A stretch of 62,297 nt of DNA, counting the filler, from Platydemus manokwari (lineage: Eukaryota): assembly GCA_037951405.1 (NCBI GenBank). It is 6 parts of 6 records of this genome, joined end to end, with 100 filler letters (N's around TTAATTAATTAA, not from the genome) between each part and the next. Parts side by side here need not be neighbours in the genome. Positions count along the whole stretch, not along the records: positions 19,954 to 29,028 come from JBBMOY011303317.1; positions 29,129 to 41,884 come from JBBMOY011976933.1; 4 more parts are not named here. The stretch is one strand, 5' to 3'. The position numbers and the translations under genes were made by a program. The notes beneath the pieces are model-generated. The model did not search any database and was not told where the DNA came from. It was given only the letters and a program-made list of their open reading frames with translations. Every line of letters starts with the position of its first letter. Position 1 is the stretch's first letter. Positions 25,001 through 38,859 of the stretch are shown here, piece by piece.

Positions 25001-26112
25001 ACATACTACAATTTGATTGGTTGAGAATATTTCAATATTAAGTTTTATACCATTTTAAAGCTAAAAAATAAGTCAGAAATAATGTTTGTTCATGTTATTA
25101 ACATTATTATTTATAATTTCTACCATAATTATTAGCCCAATATAATTATATTTTATAAATATAATGTGATTCGATACGTCTTCCATAAAAATATATTTCG
25201 ATTATAATTATCATAATTTTTTATATTATTATTATTTGTAAATATTAATATAGCTGTTATTATTATTTTCATAATTATTTAATATATTTGATAATAATAA
25301 TAATTATTATATTAAATAATAATAAATTTGCATTAGGTGCAAGTAAGCGAGAGTCTGTCGTTGAATATTTATTTTTATTCAATGATGCTATTGAATAGGA
25401 TATTCACACCAGTAGTTGTGCAATCACCTTGATTTATTATGGAACTTCTGAAGCATGATCTAATATCGTTGCACAACGGGTAATGTCAAAATCGTTCATT
25501 CATTAAATTCATCGACACATGAATTGACTACTCAAATCGATATTCATCAGCTCATTGATACATTGTGATTTTCAAATCTCTATTTTTTATCATAGACAAT
25601 ACCAGTGAAATACGAGAGGTATAATACGTAAACATTTATTGTTATTATTTACCGAGAAACAAATGTTCATATAAAAGGATAATATTATAAATGAATTGGA
25701 AACAAAATAAATAAACAATTTATTTACCTTCTTTTTTCATACCAGCCAAGAAGCATTTTCTGAGACGACAATACTGGCAATTGTTTCGTCTCTGGATATC
25801 CACCACACAATCACCATCCAAATAGCATTGATATAAGCTTTGATTACGAATCGATCGTTTGAAGAAACTTTTGCAACCTTCACAAGTGTATTGGCCGTAA
25901 TGTCTGCCAGTACTCTTATCACCACATACCTTGCAATCTGGTTCTGATTTCTTGATGGATTTATCTGCACTTAAATTATCGGTAGATGATCGGCTGTCAC
26001 TGTTGTTGAGATCGGGAATGGCGAATTGTGAACAACCGTCAGTCATTAAGCATTGATCTAAATTCATGGGAGTATTGAACAAGTATAATGGGTCATCTTT
26101 AGTTTCTTGCAT
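22045..26112 (-). CDS. Nuclear receptor, NR2F (COUP-TF/seven-up)-like; exons 26112-25728, 24740-24439, 23112-22932, 22472-22045 (431 aa)
   Basis: DNA-binding domain [30 protein letters not shown]...[17 protein letters not shown]|AVQMGR (P-box CEGCKS; COUP-like GMRREAVQRGR). Ligand-binding domain motifs [26 protein letters not shown]|DLYGLS, VIEEILF. All introns are GT-AG with phases 1/0/1; CDS total 1296 nt. First ATG after an in-frame stop is at 26112. Confidence 0.9.
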
Positions 26113-26418
26113 TTGATTGTTGGGATATTTGAGGAAATATGACAATTAATGTGCTTTCTGTAGTGCAATTGGAGGATATTTAGTACCTTTTAGTCGTAAA
26201 CCAATAACATTTAAGCAACATCAATGAACGGTGTGCGCGCAACTCTGTGCCTATGGTTGCGTCGATTGATATAATTGTTTTTTGCCATGCAAGCTTTGCA
26301 GTTATGTAATAGGTTTATGATTGATTAATAATAACTTGGGAAATTCATTGTGGCAATAAATTATATCAAGATTCGATGGAAGACTCAAGAAAAGAGTGCT
26401 ATAAATTGTCAGTAAAAG

Positions 26419-26446
26419 AAAGGTCAAATCCTGAAAGTAAAGGTCG
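26419..26446 (+). promoter_or_regulatory. Nuclear-receptor half-sites upstream of the NR2F-like gene (AAAGGTCA and AAAGGTCG)
   Basis: Exact AAAGGTCA (NBRE-type octamer) at 26419-26426 and AAAGGTCG 20 nt downstream, about 310 nt upstream of the ATG. Confidence 0.3.
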
Positions 26447-29028
26447 ATTAAGTACAAATCAAAATGGATTTGAAAATGTAATCATCGAAATAAAGACAAT
26501 TCGGACATTTCGGTATTAAAATAGTTCATATTTTACTATTCTTTCGACCAGCAAGATTTGGAAACAGTAATTGGATTAAGTTATGTTTTAATAATTTAAT
26601 TTGTTATCAAACACAATATCTCAATCGCTGTTATTGGTCCCGTACATTGTGACTTCATGGAGGGGTAAATTTCATAATCACGCTTACACATACACACACC
26701 AAACACACACTTCCCAAGCTCAGAAATTATGAGGATGGCATGATACATTTCTTTTCAGCTTCTCAAATTACTATAACAGCGTGAGATTGATACAGTGCCA
26801 TTGCAGGTTGTCAATTAAGAATAGATCTTTCTATACTTTCTTTTAAGTGAATTCTATTATGTAATCCAACGGATTTGTTTTTCAAATTTACAAAATACAG
26901 ATTTATTCGTGATTTATACCAATAATTTGTCATACTGACGGTACAAGTAATTATCGGTACAACGGTATTCATTGATTAATTTTCTAAGTCAACATTTGAT
27001 ACATCAGATCTGCTACAATTTAATTATCGACTCTCAAATTTTAAAGTGTTTATTATTATCATTATTATTATTATTATTATACTTCATGTAATTATTAATA
27101 TATATTTTTGAAATTTTAAAATAAAATGTAATGAATTAGTTTTCCATTCTTTTTAATTTTTAATTTATTTGTAATTTATATTGTATTCGATATTTGTACG
27201 GAGTGCTGAAAATACAGATGATCAAATTCGTACAGACATGCATATCATTTCAGGTTGACTTGTTCACCGTGATAATTTAAAGATAGAAAGAAACATAATG
27301 AAACAACCAGTATAGTATTATAAATAAATTTTAAATCCATCAAAACATTCCAGTTAAATTATTATAAGATTTTAAAATTTTAAACATTTCTTAAGTCGTA
27401 CCATAGATTTTGAATCCCATCTAAAAGTCTAATACATTACGTTCTACCAGTCCATTATATAATACCATTGAAAGATGGGGGTATAGATTACTCAAAAATC
27501 AAACATTATCCAATTATTAGCGACCCTCAGATTTCAAATCCCCACATCAGGTGTGACATAATGATCCTGAAATACCATGATAGAAAAATATCTGAATGTA
27601 ATCAATAATATCAAATGATTATTCGTCATCTTGATTTATATTCTATATGATATGAGAAACATTTAAATTATTAATTAACACATTCACCATTGACAGAACA
27701 TTGAAAGTAAAGGTTTTTGTTCAAATATTTTATTATTTGAAGAAATTGCTAAGGATGAATATCAAGCTAGCTTATATTTAGAATTTATTGATAAACATTT
27801 TGTTAACATATGGGATGTGTTTATCAGAAAAATAATTCTACATACTGTAAAATATGGAAACTAATGTGAATGTTTAAGAATTACCTTCGATATAAATTGA
27901 ATTTATCTGATATTATGTTCAAAATTTATAACTCATCGTCATTTTTTACTTACGGTTGGTAATAAATTTGTAGTTAAGCATGTCAACAGAAGCTATTTTC
28001 CATTAAAACAGGGAATTTTCAAAATTCAAGATCAGCATTAAACCATTTTAAAAACTTTAAAAATTTTAAAAATCCACATGATATCTTTTGAAATAATTCC
28101 AATTACATATTTTTGAATTCTCATCAGAATTAGTTGACGTTCATTATGAATTAAAACTGTATTTTCAGACTAAATATACTACTTACATTCATCAGTAAGA
28201 TAAAAAAATATTAGATTTGGTATGGAATGAAGAATAAATCAGGTGAATTAAGTATGTTCAAATTGAGCATTACTTATTTTAATAAAATAAACTGATAAAG
28301 ACGAATGTGAACTCAAATTTTATTTTAAATTAATTGATATTTCGACATTATCGTCATCGAAGAGCGTTTTTTCTTCTCTAACTGATCGAGTCAGAACTCA
28401 GCAATACTGTTGGTCAATGTATCATACATTATCGATCTATACACATAAGTAATATAATATTCGATATTATTATTATTATTATTAAAATGGTATCTATAGA
28501 ATATTGCTTCAGCTTTCTAAAGGTTATGGTTACTATAGTTGTATTATTCGAATTTTTTATTATGTAACCACTAATAGACAGAAAATATGATGTAAATTAG
28601 GAAATCATCTAAGAAATCCAATAATCGAAAGACCTCTTAGAAATACATCCTGAAGAGATCAGATATGATATTTGATGGTAATAATATTTCAGAAGTAGTC
28701 TAATAATGCAGACAATATCTGATTGAATCCATAATAAATTTCTGACTTTTGACATTACACACATGTTTTTTGGGTATTTTTCGAATTTATAAATCCCAAA
28801 TAATCATCATGATGTCATTCGATTTTATTTTTGTGTGTGACTTGTTATGTAAGATTTCGAATTTTGAAATGATCATTCAGAAAACGAATATCATTAATAA
28901 CGAATAAGAATGAAATCATTCGAATTCGATACCGACAATCAAATAATAATGACAATCAATTATGAGGGATTTTGTGAAAAGGTTGTATGATATAACCTAT
29001 CAAAGGTGACATAGAAAGATATTCTATT

Positions 29029-29128
29029 NNNNNNNNNNNNNNNNNNNNNNNNNNNNNNNNNNNNNNNNNNNNTTAATTAATTAANNNNNNNNNNNNNNNN
29101 NNNNNNNNNNNNNNNNNNNNNNNNNNNN
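29029..29128. other. Assembly gap / artificial contig linker
   Basis: N44-TTAATTAATTAA-N44. Confidence 0.98.
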
Positions 29129-29305
29129 TTCTTTAACATGCAAATCCCTTAATATCTCCAAACAAGAAATATATGACTTATACCACTTTCATAATCAAGG
29201 GCACACTTAGTCTAATCATAGATGTTAATAGTTTATTGTTTTCAATATTGATTTTTATATAAAAATTGACATAAAAATGATAATACATATGGTTTGTTTT
29301 TCAAG

Positions 29306-32300
29306 TCAAACTGCGATCATGACAAAATCAATGCTGCACTTATGACTCATTCTTTCCAAGAATCGAAAACTATTAGCAAAAAAAGCTCCGATAGTAGCGC
29401 TCATTCAGCAAAAATATTTTCATTTACTTCCATGAATAGTGATTGTGGTGTATGTTGAAATATATTTTCAATGGAAAATCAAATACATTATTATTGTTTA
29501 GGATTCTGATTCTAGCAGCTCTGTGGGTCCTTTGAATCATTATAAGAATTCTAGTGACTTGAATACAAGTATATATCAATTTATATTATTGAACATCATA
29601 TTATAAACAAGAAAATGATTTTTGTATGTTTTAATATTTAGTTATAACATTAATAGTTTGAATTTATTGTACTTCCAGCCATTGAATTCATTTGTTAATA
29701 TTTTCGAAAAATCAATTAAAATTCGTTTTATAATAATATTCGCAATTTTTGTTAATTTATAAAAGTTGATTATTTGATTCAATGACATTTCTATTTAAAG
29801 TGAGATTATAAATGATATATTAAATTGGTAATATTCCTTTATTAATTTTAATGAAATTGTTGAACTATTAACTTATTATTAATCGATTGATTACAAATAA
29901 TGTCAACGAACAAGGATTGAAAAATGATTGGTTAAATTCCAACCAATAATAATCTTAAATATTCTGACAAATAATGTCCATTCCTTCCTATATTTGGTCA
30001 CAAATTTAGCTGCTTTGTATTTCACATAATTAAATGACGAAAGAAGTAGTATTATAATTTATTGATTTTTAGTGGTTAGCCATTTATTCTTAGGGCATTT
30101 TTGTTTGTTTTTACTTTAGAAGACAAATTTATCTTTACCATAACTACTTATATTAGGAAACAAACAGCAATCACATTATAAAATTCTTCAGCAATAAAAC
30201 AATCCATATCATTAAAACAAATTTTAAATAAAAATGTATGATCTAAAATTTCGATGAGTTGGTTCTTGTGTTAAGTTACTTGTGCTTGTTTGATCGTTAA
30301 TATTATTTGCAGCCTTTAATCTTTTAAAATTAACTTCCTGAACATTAATGCATTATCCATTTAGTAAATATGCTTGAAAATAGCTAATTAAGAAAAATGC
30401 CTAAAGCATATGGAATTTGTGGACTCAGAAATATTAGTTTTCTTTTATTAATATTTGTTTTTGACACAAAATAACACGGTTATTATAACAATGAATTTTT
30501 AAACCTGAGTTTATCAGATGAGTAGTAGTAATTGATAGTGAATAAGCTAACAACCAAACAAACATGTTTCATTTAAGTTATGATTTTATCCTTTAGAAAA
30601 GTTTTAAAAAATCCAAATCAAATTTGAGTTTTTTAATTTTATTTTTTGCTATATTTAGATCTTTTGATCAATCGAATAATTGATTTCTTTTTAAAATTAT
30701 CCAAGTCACTGACTTTGAACTTTGACTATTGGAATAATGAAGCAGCTTAAATCTTTTGCTAAAAAAATTGTTATACTATTTTATTGACTTTTCAAATTTG
30801 TCATATATTACAAGGAGAATCTTTTAAATGATTAATATAATCAATGGTTTACATTTTGGTTGATGATTCTACTAATAATTCTTCAGTCTAGAGGGGCCGG
30901 TTCGCGAAGTGCAGTCTACTAATAAGTGCAGTCAGTAATAACTACAGTATTAAAATAAAAATATTGTTATTGTATTTGAAATAATTTAATATTACTGCAT
31001 TACAAATAAATCATGTTTTGGATGTGATCGATAAGATTGCAAATTTGATTAAAAACAGAGTATGAAACCATCGAGGATTTCATTTATTTTTTGATTTTGG
31101 AGATTCAGTTTATATCAGAACGATATTTCAGAATTAATTGATATTGAGTGGCTGGGTGATTTAGTTTTCTTCGCTGACGTTAAATTTAAGACTTCAAGGG
31201 AAGAGTAAATTTGGTTCTGTTTTGTGGCAAAGCGAATAATAAGATTATTAAAGCCAGTTTGATACAGAATGTTTATTTTATTTTACAGCATACAAGATCT
31301 TTTCTGATAAAATTGTGAAATTAAGCCTATTTCATTTTTAGGAAACTATGCTAATACTTTTCAAAGATTATTAGTCGAATTTAATATACATTTTCCGGAT
31401 TTTAAAAATATACGAAAAAAAACTCGCCGTATTTAATGACTCATTTTTTAAATATCAAAGTTAGGTGATTCAATTTAACAAATTTACAAGAGAACAGCTA
31501 GAAAAAAAGATTTTATCACGATAATTATGTGGATGAATTTTACAAAAGGTTGTTGAAAACGAATAACTAAAATTACTAAAACATGCATACCAAACGTCTT
31601 CATTATTTGGAAGTTCTTGTATTTGTGAAAAAATCGAGATCAAGATTAATTGATTCGTTGTCAGTACACCGAATTAACATAATATCTTTTTAGCCAATAT
31701 ACAAATATAAATATCGTCAAACTATAAAAGTATAATGCAAATAGCTATAGTTCGTCGTAATTTGAGTCGAACAATATAATGATTATTTGTTAGTCTTACC
31801 ATTGTGATACGCAATGTGGTTCAGACCATATTTATAGGAACTATAGCTTTTTTTTTATCCAAAATATATGTATGACCAGCTCACTATTAAAATAATAAGG
31901 AAATTTGAACCTAGTATAATAAATTTGGTAACCCATGATCTGGAGGCATCGTGTTTATCTAGATTAATATAGATATAAAATAAATTGCACGTTATTTAAA
32001 GATTTAAGTTGAATTTTATATTCCAGATTTCAAAATTTTCGGCTTTGCATTTTAAAATTTATTGTGAATTCTAAATTATTTCAAAACGATAAATTAAATA
32101 ATTTCAATTATTAATAAAACTATAAATTCATCAAAATGACTTCGTTGTTTTTGTTTCCAATTTGCTTTTATTATATGAGTTTGTTAATGAATATTAATAT
32201 TATTAAAATTATTGAAAACTATTAATATATTTACCGAACACTTTTAATTTGGATATTATTGCCTAATATATTAAATGAATACAAATGGCATTGCACTACT

Positions 32301-35300
32301 GGGTATTAAATAATTTTGCTTTTAATATTTTTTGCTGTTGTAAAGCATGTGGTCAAAGAAATCATTACAGATAATTTAAATAACCACACATACAAACACA
32401 CACACGTGTATAATGGAATCATTGGGCTTGTTATTGAATTTTGCAATGAAATTGTAATAATGAATTTAAATATATTATTAAAAATTTAATATATAATTTC
32501 AAAAGTCTATAAATATGAAGTTCAAACACATAAATAACACGCGTACTTCAGTTATTATATCAGAAACACACTAAACGAATACACATTTCAATATTATGTT
32601 GCCATTATTTTATCCAATTTTTATTATATATTAGATTTTTAAGTTATTATTAAAATTTCCATGATATTGAATATAATTTCTCTTTTTTTTTCTTATCATT
32701 TTAAAACTAATACGTGATATTTAGAGTCAATGTTTTTCTCCATTTCCAACCCATTGATTTCTATGAGTTCATATTAAGTCAAGGGTTGAATATTTATGAT
32801 GAATGACCTTATTTTTGACAAGAGAAAAGTTCAAATACTTCAATTAAAGCTGTACTTTAGTTATTCAAATTGTTTTCCAATCACACGAGCATAAAAGATA
32901 ATTTTCATATAGAACACTAATATTATTATTATTATTATTTGTTATGATTTATCCAAGTTTTGGAATTTTTATTTGAATCCATATTTATTTTCTTGCCACA
33001 CCAGTTTTTCTCGTAATCATCAGAGCTTATAATTCCTATTAATTTGCATTATTTTATTTTGCTATCCAATATAAATGAAATGATATTTTATTAATTTGTA
33101 ATCAAATATTGTTATGCAGTTTCTGGTCAAACTTGCGATTTGAAAAGATTGGATGATGCTTTTAAGGATTTGGAAAAAAACCGCGATGATTTGAGAAAAG
33201 AAATGGAATTTTTAAACGAATTGCGTAATGTCAGAAAATCAGTTCCTAGTTTCCCAAATGTAATGTACAGATTTTTCATTGACTATTGATGCGAAAAAAT
33301 AATATCATTACAAATTTCATATCTTGAGCTAATTACAACATTAATGCCATTTCTTAATATGAACTCCTGTTTTTTAAACAAGATCAAATATTTTCATTAT
33401 TATTATTTGATTAATGGATGATAGTAGATTTGATTCATTCGATTTTCGTTCAGTTACATATCGAAACACAACAGACATTAATCAGACATGTTTAACAATT
33501 ATGAACTTAAATGAACTTTATTTATAATACACAAACCTTGATTGTATTCATTTCGTTTATTTAAGATATATTTAACAAAACTAGACAATGATATTGACAT
33601 ATTTATTTTATTATTAAATTTTTGTTACTTATTTAGTGAAAAGTATGTACTCACTATTTTCAGTAATGCATTTTCATATAATATTTCACATCTATTAAAA
33701 TGATTGGCGCACATTTATAACAGTATTTTAGTTTAATAGTATTTGATAGATATATATGATCGCTGATTTTGTCAATGTAAATATTTAGAAAATAATGTCT
33801 GAGTGTCAAACTTAAACATGAATTATTGTAAAGGGCAATGAACTGATTGTACTTAATTTTATAACAGGTTTTTCCAGATATTTCCAAATTTTCAACTAAA
33901 TTAATCTTGTTATAATTTAAGTGTAGTAATATATGTGAATTAGATATAATATAGATAAGATTATTGTACTGAATTCCGATGCAGTGATTATAGTGTTAAA
34001 GATTTACTTTAATTTAAACAGTCGTTGGGATTAGATTATAATTTTTGGAATTTTAGTCTAATAGTATCTCAAACCACACAATCAAATGAAGAAGAATATC
34101 TGTATTCAAGCATATTTATGATTTGCTTAGGCACTGAAATAATTGGTAATTTTAATCCGTAATTTACTGATCACGTATTTTTCCATTGTAATCTGAGCTA
34201 TTTATCATAATTCAGAGCGGATATTTTCCATTGTCGATCTTGGTGAGAAAATAGAACGAATATTCATGCGAGTAAGGTTAATGGAAAAAGACAGAGTCTA
34301 TTTGAATACGGTGAAGTTGCTCTCAGATTTGAAAATCGAAAAATCTCGAACTGATTTAAAGATATGGAACAATAAAATTTATTGTCATTCGTGATATCTG
34401 AGTGTGAATTACTAACAATTGAGAATTCATATAGTTTTATAGCCGCTATTATTTTGTAAAGCATGCATTTGACACGAGCTGAAAAGTAACAATACCAAAT
34501 TATATTTAGTTAAAATTATTTAAACAAACTAATATTATATAAAAATTTTATTATAAAATATTTCAAATTTCAATCCATTATAAATCTTCATAATACAGAT
34601 GATATTTTACCGATTTGATCGGCCAAAACTTTAACGACACGGGGGAAATAAATTCATGTTTTTGAATATTTTGAAATGACAATCTCTTTTAATATTAATG
34701 AAGTTCATGTAGTTGAGTGAATATTTTCCTAAATTTTGATTTGAATGATAAACAATTCTATTATTATGTCCGATATTTCCAATAAAATCAGTTATTAATT
34801 TATAGTAAAATATTGAATATTGCACATAATAATGGTAAATTTAATTCCAATTCTTTGAACTTCTATTTAGACAGTTTGAGTATAATATGAAACAATGATT
34901 TTATTGTAGATTAATCAACTCGAACAATTAGAACGGAAGGTTAATGACAGATATATGAAGCTTCCAAAAGCTATGTCATATGCTTGTGATTTAAGAGAGC
35001 CTGGCGAGATGAATGCCAGATTTAAAGGTTTTCATCAACCTTACAATTCAAATTCAAATATTCACTTCGATAATAATCATAATAATCATCACAGAAAAAG
35101 TTTAGGTTCTCATATTTGTATAACTGAAAAATAATTTTATTTCTAATTTCAAATTTCTAGCTGTTCCCGATATTCTCAATCCAAACTTTTATTTCTCACC
35201 GAAACCAAAAAATCATCTTATTTCTTCAATCAAAAAAACAGAAGAAAAACGCAATTCATCTCATTTTCCAGATGGTAATATATATTTGTATAAAATACCA

Positions 35301-36739
35301 GTTATGTTGAATAATAAAATATTTTATTTATATATTTATAATATAAATTGATCTGTTGACTCAATCATAAAGTCATCAGATCAAAAGTCATCAATCCATC
35401 ACATCAGCTATTAATGTGAATATTGAAAAAATAATGAAAATTTATGAAATTAATGAAACAAAAGATTTATCAATTTAAACTAAAATGTATTTTCAACCTT
35501 TCGAGTTTCATCGAAAAATTAAAACTGTTTAATATTTCTAAAAAATGGTTCCTATCAAGAAAAGAGGAAACGTTTTTTTATTCCAAGATTAAATTTTTCA
35601 AAATTATCAAATTTCTGTGTTAGAACTAAGAAAAATATTTAAATTTTCAATTATATTTTTGGATCTTTAAATACACTCTTTGTAACTTTTCTTTCTTTCC
35701 TTTTTCTGTTTTACTTATTAATTGAATTCATGCTCTTTATTTCAAGTCAATTTTAATTTGTCAGGAATGTTTGTCATTTTTTAATTGATATCATTATCGA
35801 TTTTTGAGATATATTTTATCTTCATTAAATATTCATCTAGAATTTTTAACAATTTTAATTCCTTCAATAATATTTTAATCATCATCGCGAATTTCAAATT
35901 TGACGAGTTAGATTCGTTAATAAATCACAAAAATACTTACATTTTAAAATCAATAATACTTTATTTTTCACAAATCCTTTATTATAATAATATATTTATG
36001 GAAACTCTTATCTCTCAATAACATAATATTAAAATCATGAAAATAATATGAAACAAGGTTGTACGATTGACTTATGGTTGTAGTGAAAAGAGCGTATGGT
36101 GTTAATAGAATAATAATAATCATGATAATTATAATAATTAATTCCTATGACTTTATTTGGATTTGACTGTTCATCCATATACACAAATGAGTAGTTAACA
36201 AAATGTGAGCAAGATTCATTTTATAAGAAAAATTCTTTGATTTATTAATTTTTTATAAATTACGATGTAAGTTAATTAATTTTTTAAATATTATTTATTC
36301 TCAATTATTAACTAGTTTTAGTGGAATATTATTATAAATATTATCTATTCATAATTTGCTTAGAATTTGAAATACCAGAAGAATTGACGGGACACAAATC
36401 CAGACACAGTCGTCAAAAATCAGATCCTTGGCTGATAGATTATTGGACTTGTCCACAGTGTTCTCAAAACAATATTTCATCGATTTGTTCATTTTGCTCA
36501 TATAATAAGGATTATCCTGGTAATTGTTGTTTCTCCCTTTTAAAATTTCTGCTAGTAGTAGTTTCTGTCGATTCGCTGAAAAATGTTGAAATTACAAAAT
36601 TACATAACAAGAAAAAGCAAAAATTATTTTTATTTACTTTAAAGTTCTTTAAAAACTATCTTGTAATTATTTATGATTTTTATAATTAATTGACATATTC
36701 TATATTAATTGATTTTTTGTTATTTCAGAGCGATTTTAG
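29306..36739 (+). CDS. TAB2/TAB3-like protein, 5'-partial; exons 29306-29449, 29502-29568, 33120-33259, 34910-35105, 35161-35274, 36364-36519, 36729-36739
   Basis: Seven GT-AG-bounded exons with matching phases give an open frame: Ser-rich region, coiled coil LKRLDDAFKDLEKNRDDLRKEMEFLNELRNVRKSVPSFPN|INQLEQLERKVND (compare TAB2 QIPSLEEMQQLR), and a terminal NZF/RanBP2-type finger WTCPQCSQNNISSICSFC. The gene model is better supported than the TAB2/3 identity. Confidence 0.65.
30890..31937 (+). mobile_element. hAT (Charlie/SPIN/GTF2IRD2-like) transposon remnant inside an intron of the TAB2-like gene
   Basis: EWLGDLVFFAD..LRLQGK (from about 31146), IHFPDF, VDEFYK, LFGSSCICEK (31606-31632; hAT dimerization FGSTY.CE). 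Right end reverse-complements to CATGGGTTACCAAA and is flanked by ATCTGGAG (nTCTAGAn-like target). Confidence 0.75.
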
Positions 36740-38089
36740 CAGCTATTTTAAACGACATGCCTAGTTATGATTTTAAAGCATAATTGTAAATATGGATGAT
36801 GTATGATGTATGTGAAGGTTTTATCAACGCAATCAGAAACCAAAAGAAATGTCAGATTTTTAGTAAAACATTAGACATTATTTTTATATTTAGATCAATA
36901 TAATTTCATAAATCAAGTTATTCTTAATTCTTGAAACAGAGAGTTTATTTGACTTTAAAGAGCTTTTCCACATTAGGTTCGTTAAAGTGGCTGATTTTTC
37001 AATTAAAACGTTTGGACATGTCAAACATTTTCGATAGGATTGCTAATTATTTTTTATTAATAATAATTTCAATAATTTGATATTTTAAATGATGATAGCT
37101 TTGCTTTGTACTTAAAAATTGTCGATATAAAAATAAATCTTGTATTTTTTATTGATATTTTTTCAATATTTGCACACATGATTTATCGACATATGTCTGT
37201 TTAGTATCTATTTTACATTGACAAAGAACAGATTTTTATTAATTGTACTTCAACCTTAAAGTCGAATATTCGAAACGCCAGGGCCCATATATGACCACCA
37301 CTTAAATGAGGGTTTAATTATTTGTGTATAAATTTGACATTGAGATTCTTAGAAAAGCGAGCTTGAAACATTGAATTCAAGCAATAAAATGTAATCGAGA
37401 ATTAATGGGTTTCAGAAAAGATATTATATATCTCCAAATAAATATATTAAATAAGATAAAGATTTATAAAAATAAATTATTTTAGAAAAATCAAAAACAT
37501 TTCTTCTATTAGATACTAAAAATTATCAGGAAAATACTTGTTTTAAAAAATTTGATAAAAAATATTTTAATAAAATAAAATAAATTACGGCGTATAAATA
37601 AAAATATGAAACAAAATTCCTGAAGAATATTTTCTCAAAAAATTATCTATCTGTTTTTGCACTTTGGAATACTATTTTTTGCACTTGTATAGATGCTTAC
37701 ACTAACCAATCAAAGTAACGACTTAAATGGTAGATTTTAATTTGAAACGGAGACCTAACTCCACAACAACACACGCGTAATGGATTGACGAGTCCCCATA
37801 ATAGAAAATTGATATATCCAAACAAAACTTGAGAAATAAAATATCAAATTAAAATTTTGCACAAATAATCACATACAAATTTCATATATTTAATGATGCA
37901 AGTTGAAAGCCGTATATGACGATGATAATTGGAGTCAATATTATTCGTGCTAAGGAGTATGATTTTGGTGAAACTACAGTCATACAACCTTCAATTCTTC
38001 TGAGAACATAATAATTATTTAGTTAGCCCTCCAGGTAATCAACACCCTGCAGTTCCGTAACTGCTTCAAACTCTGATTAGAGTGATCTC

Positions 38090-38450
38090 AAGCAAATTTT
38101 GCAGTCGCCAGATACCGGAGAAACCCGGTAGATTTCATCGATTTCATGACAAACTACTCTATAAAAGAATGGGCGTAGAGAGCAATGATTTATCTCTATT
38201 TAAAAGTTTCAGTGAGCGAAATGTATAACCATATTGACCAGAGAAACATAATCCAGTGAACAGTCATGAAAATTGCCCTATCGGAAAAAATGATCAGCCG
38301 AGCTAGCAAAATTTGCTCTCTAGATCCCAAAATGCAGGCAAAACATTTGGAATAGCATCGTCCCTTTCAAAGCTTGGAGGAAAGGCATTTGAAATAAAAG
38401 CAGAATTGCGAACTCAAACTCGAAAATTGGACGAAAATAATTTTCCAAAA
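38090..38450 (+). pseudogene. Short gag-like remnant related to 6337-8061
   Basis: PVDFIDFMTNYSIKEWA..YLYLKVS versus DPIDFMTDY...W...IYL. Shares CATCGATTTCATGAC with the reverse complement of about 7853-7867. Confidence 0.45.
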
Positions 38451-38619
38451 AACGTCCCGATCACATCAGTGTCGCTCTCAGTGTAGACGATTACGTCAAC
38501 AACGTCGACTTAATTCTATAAATGATCACTTAGAAATTACTTAGAAATATACTTAATAGTGTAGTGAAATAAACTAACAAAATTGTGTGTACATATACAT
38601 AGTCATATGATGTAATATA

Positions 38620-38760
38620 TAATATAACTCACATACAATATAGCAACACAATCCGTATACAAGCTCACATACAATTTAACAATATAACCCGTATACAAAA
38701 CCATAAATCCAAATACATTAACCCGTATACATTATCGTAATAATCATAAATCTAAATACA
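38620..38760 (+). repeat. Short dispersed repeats (CCGTATACA x3, CTCACATACAAT x2) upstream of Polinton polB
   Basis: Directly visible; possibly subterminal repeats of the Polinton. Confidence 0.45.
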
Positions 38761-38859
38761 ATGACACAGCAAAACACATCCTGATTATAGACTGCCTAGA
38801 GGTACAGATAGCCTAAATGCCCAGATGGTCCAGATGATGAACGAGGACAAGCCGGCAAA

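Noticed and set aside
27380-29028. 5' exons (CUE domain) of the TAB2-like gene
   Set aside because: No open, splice-bounded frame with CUE features was found, and the region lies across a gap.
33660-36021. Short I/F/Y/N/K-rich ORFs in the track (e.g. 33660, 34264, 34631, 35785)
   Set aside because: Composition is typical of chance ORFs in AT-rich introns; no motifs.
37240-37320. piggyBac-like terminus (reverse complement TTAAACCCTC...GGTCATATATG)
   Set aside because: No matching opposite end or transposase found.
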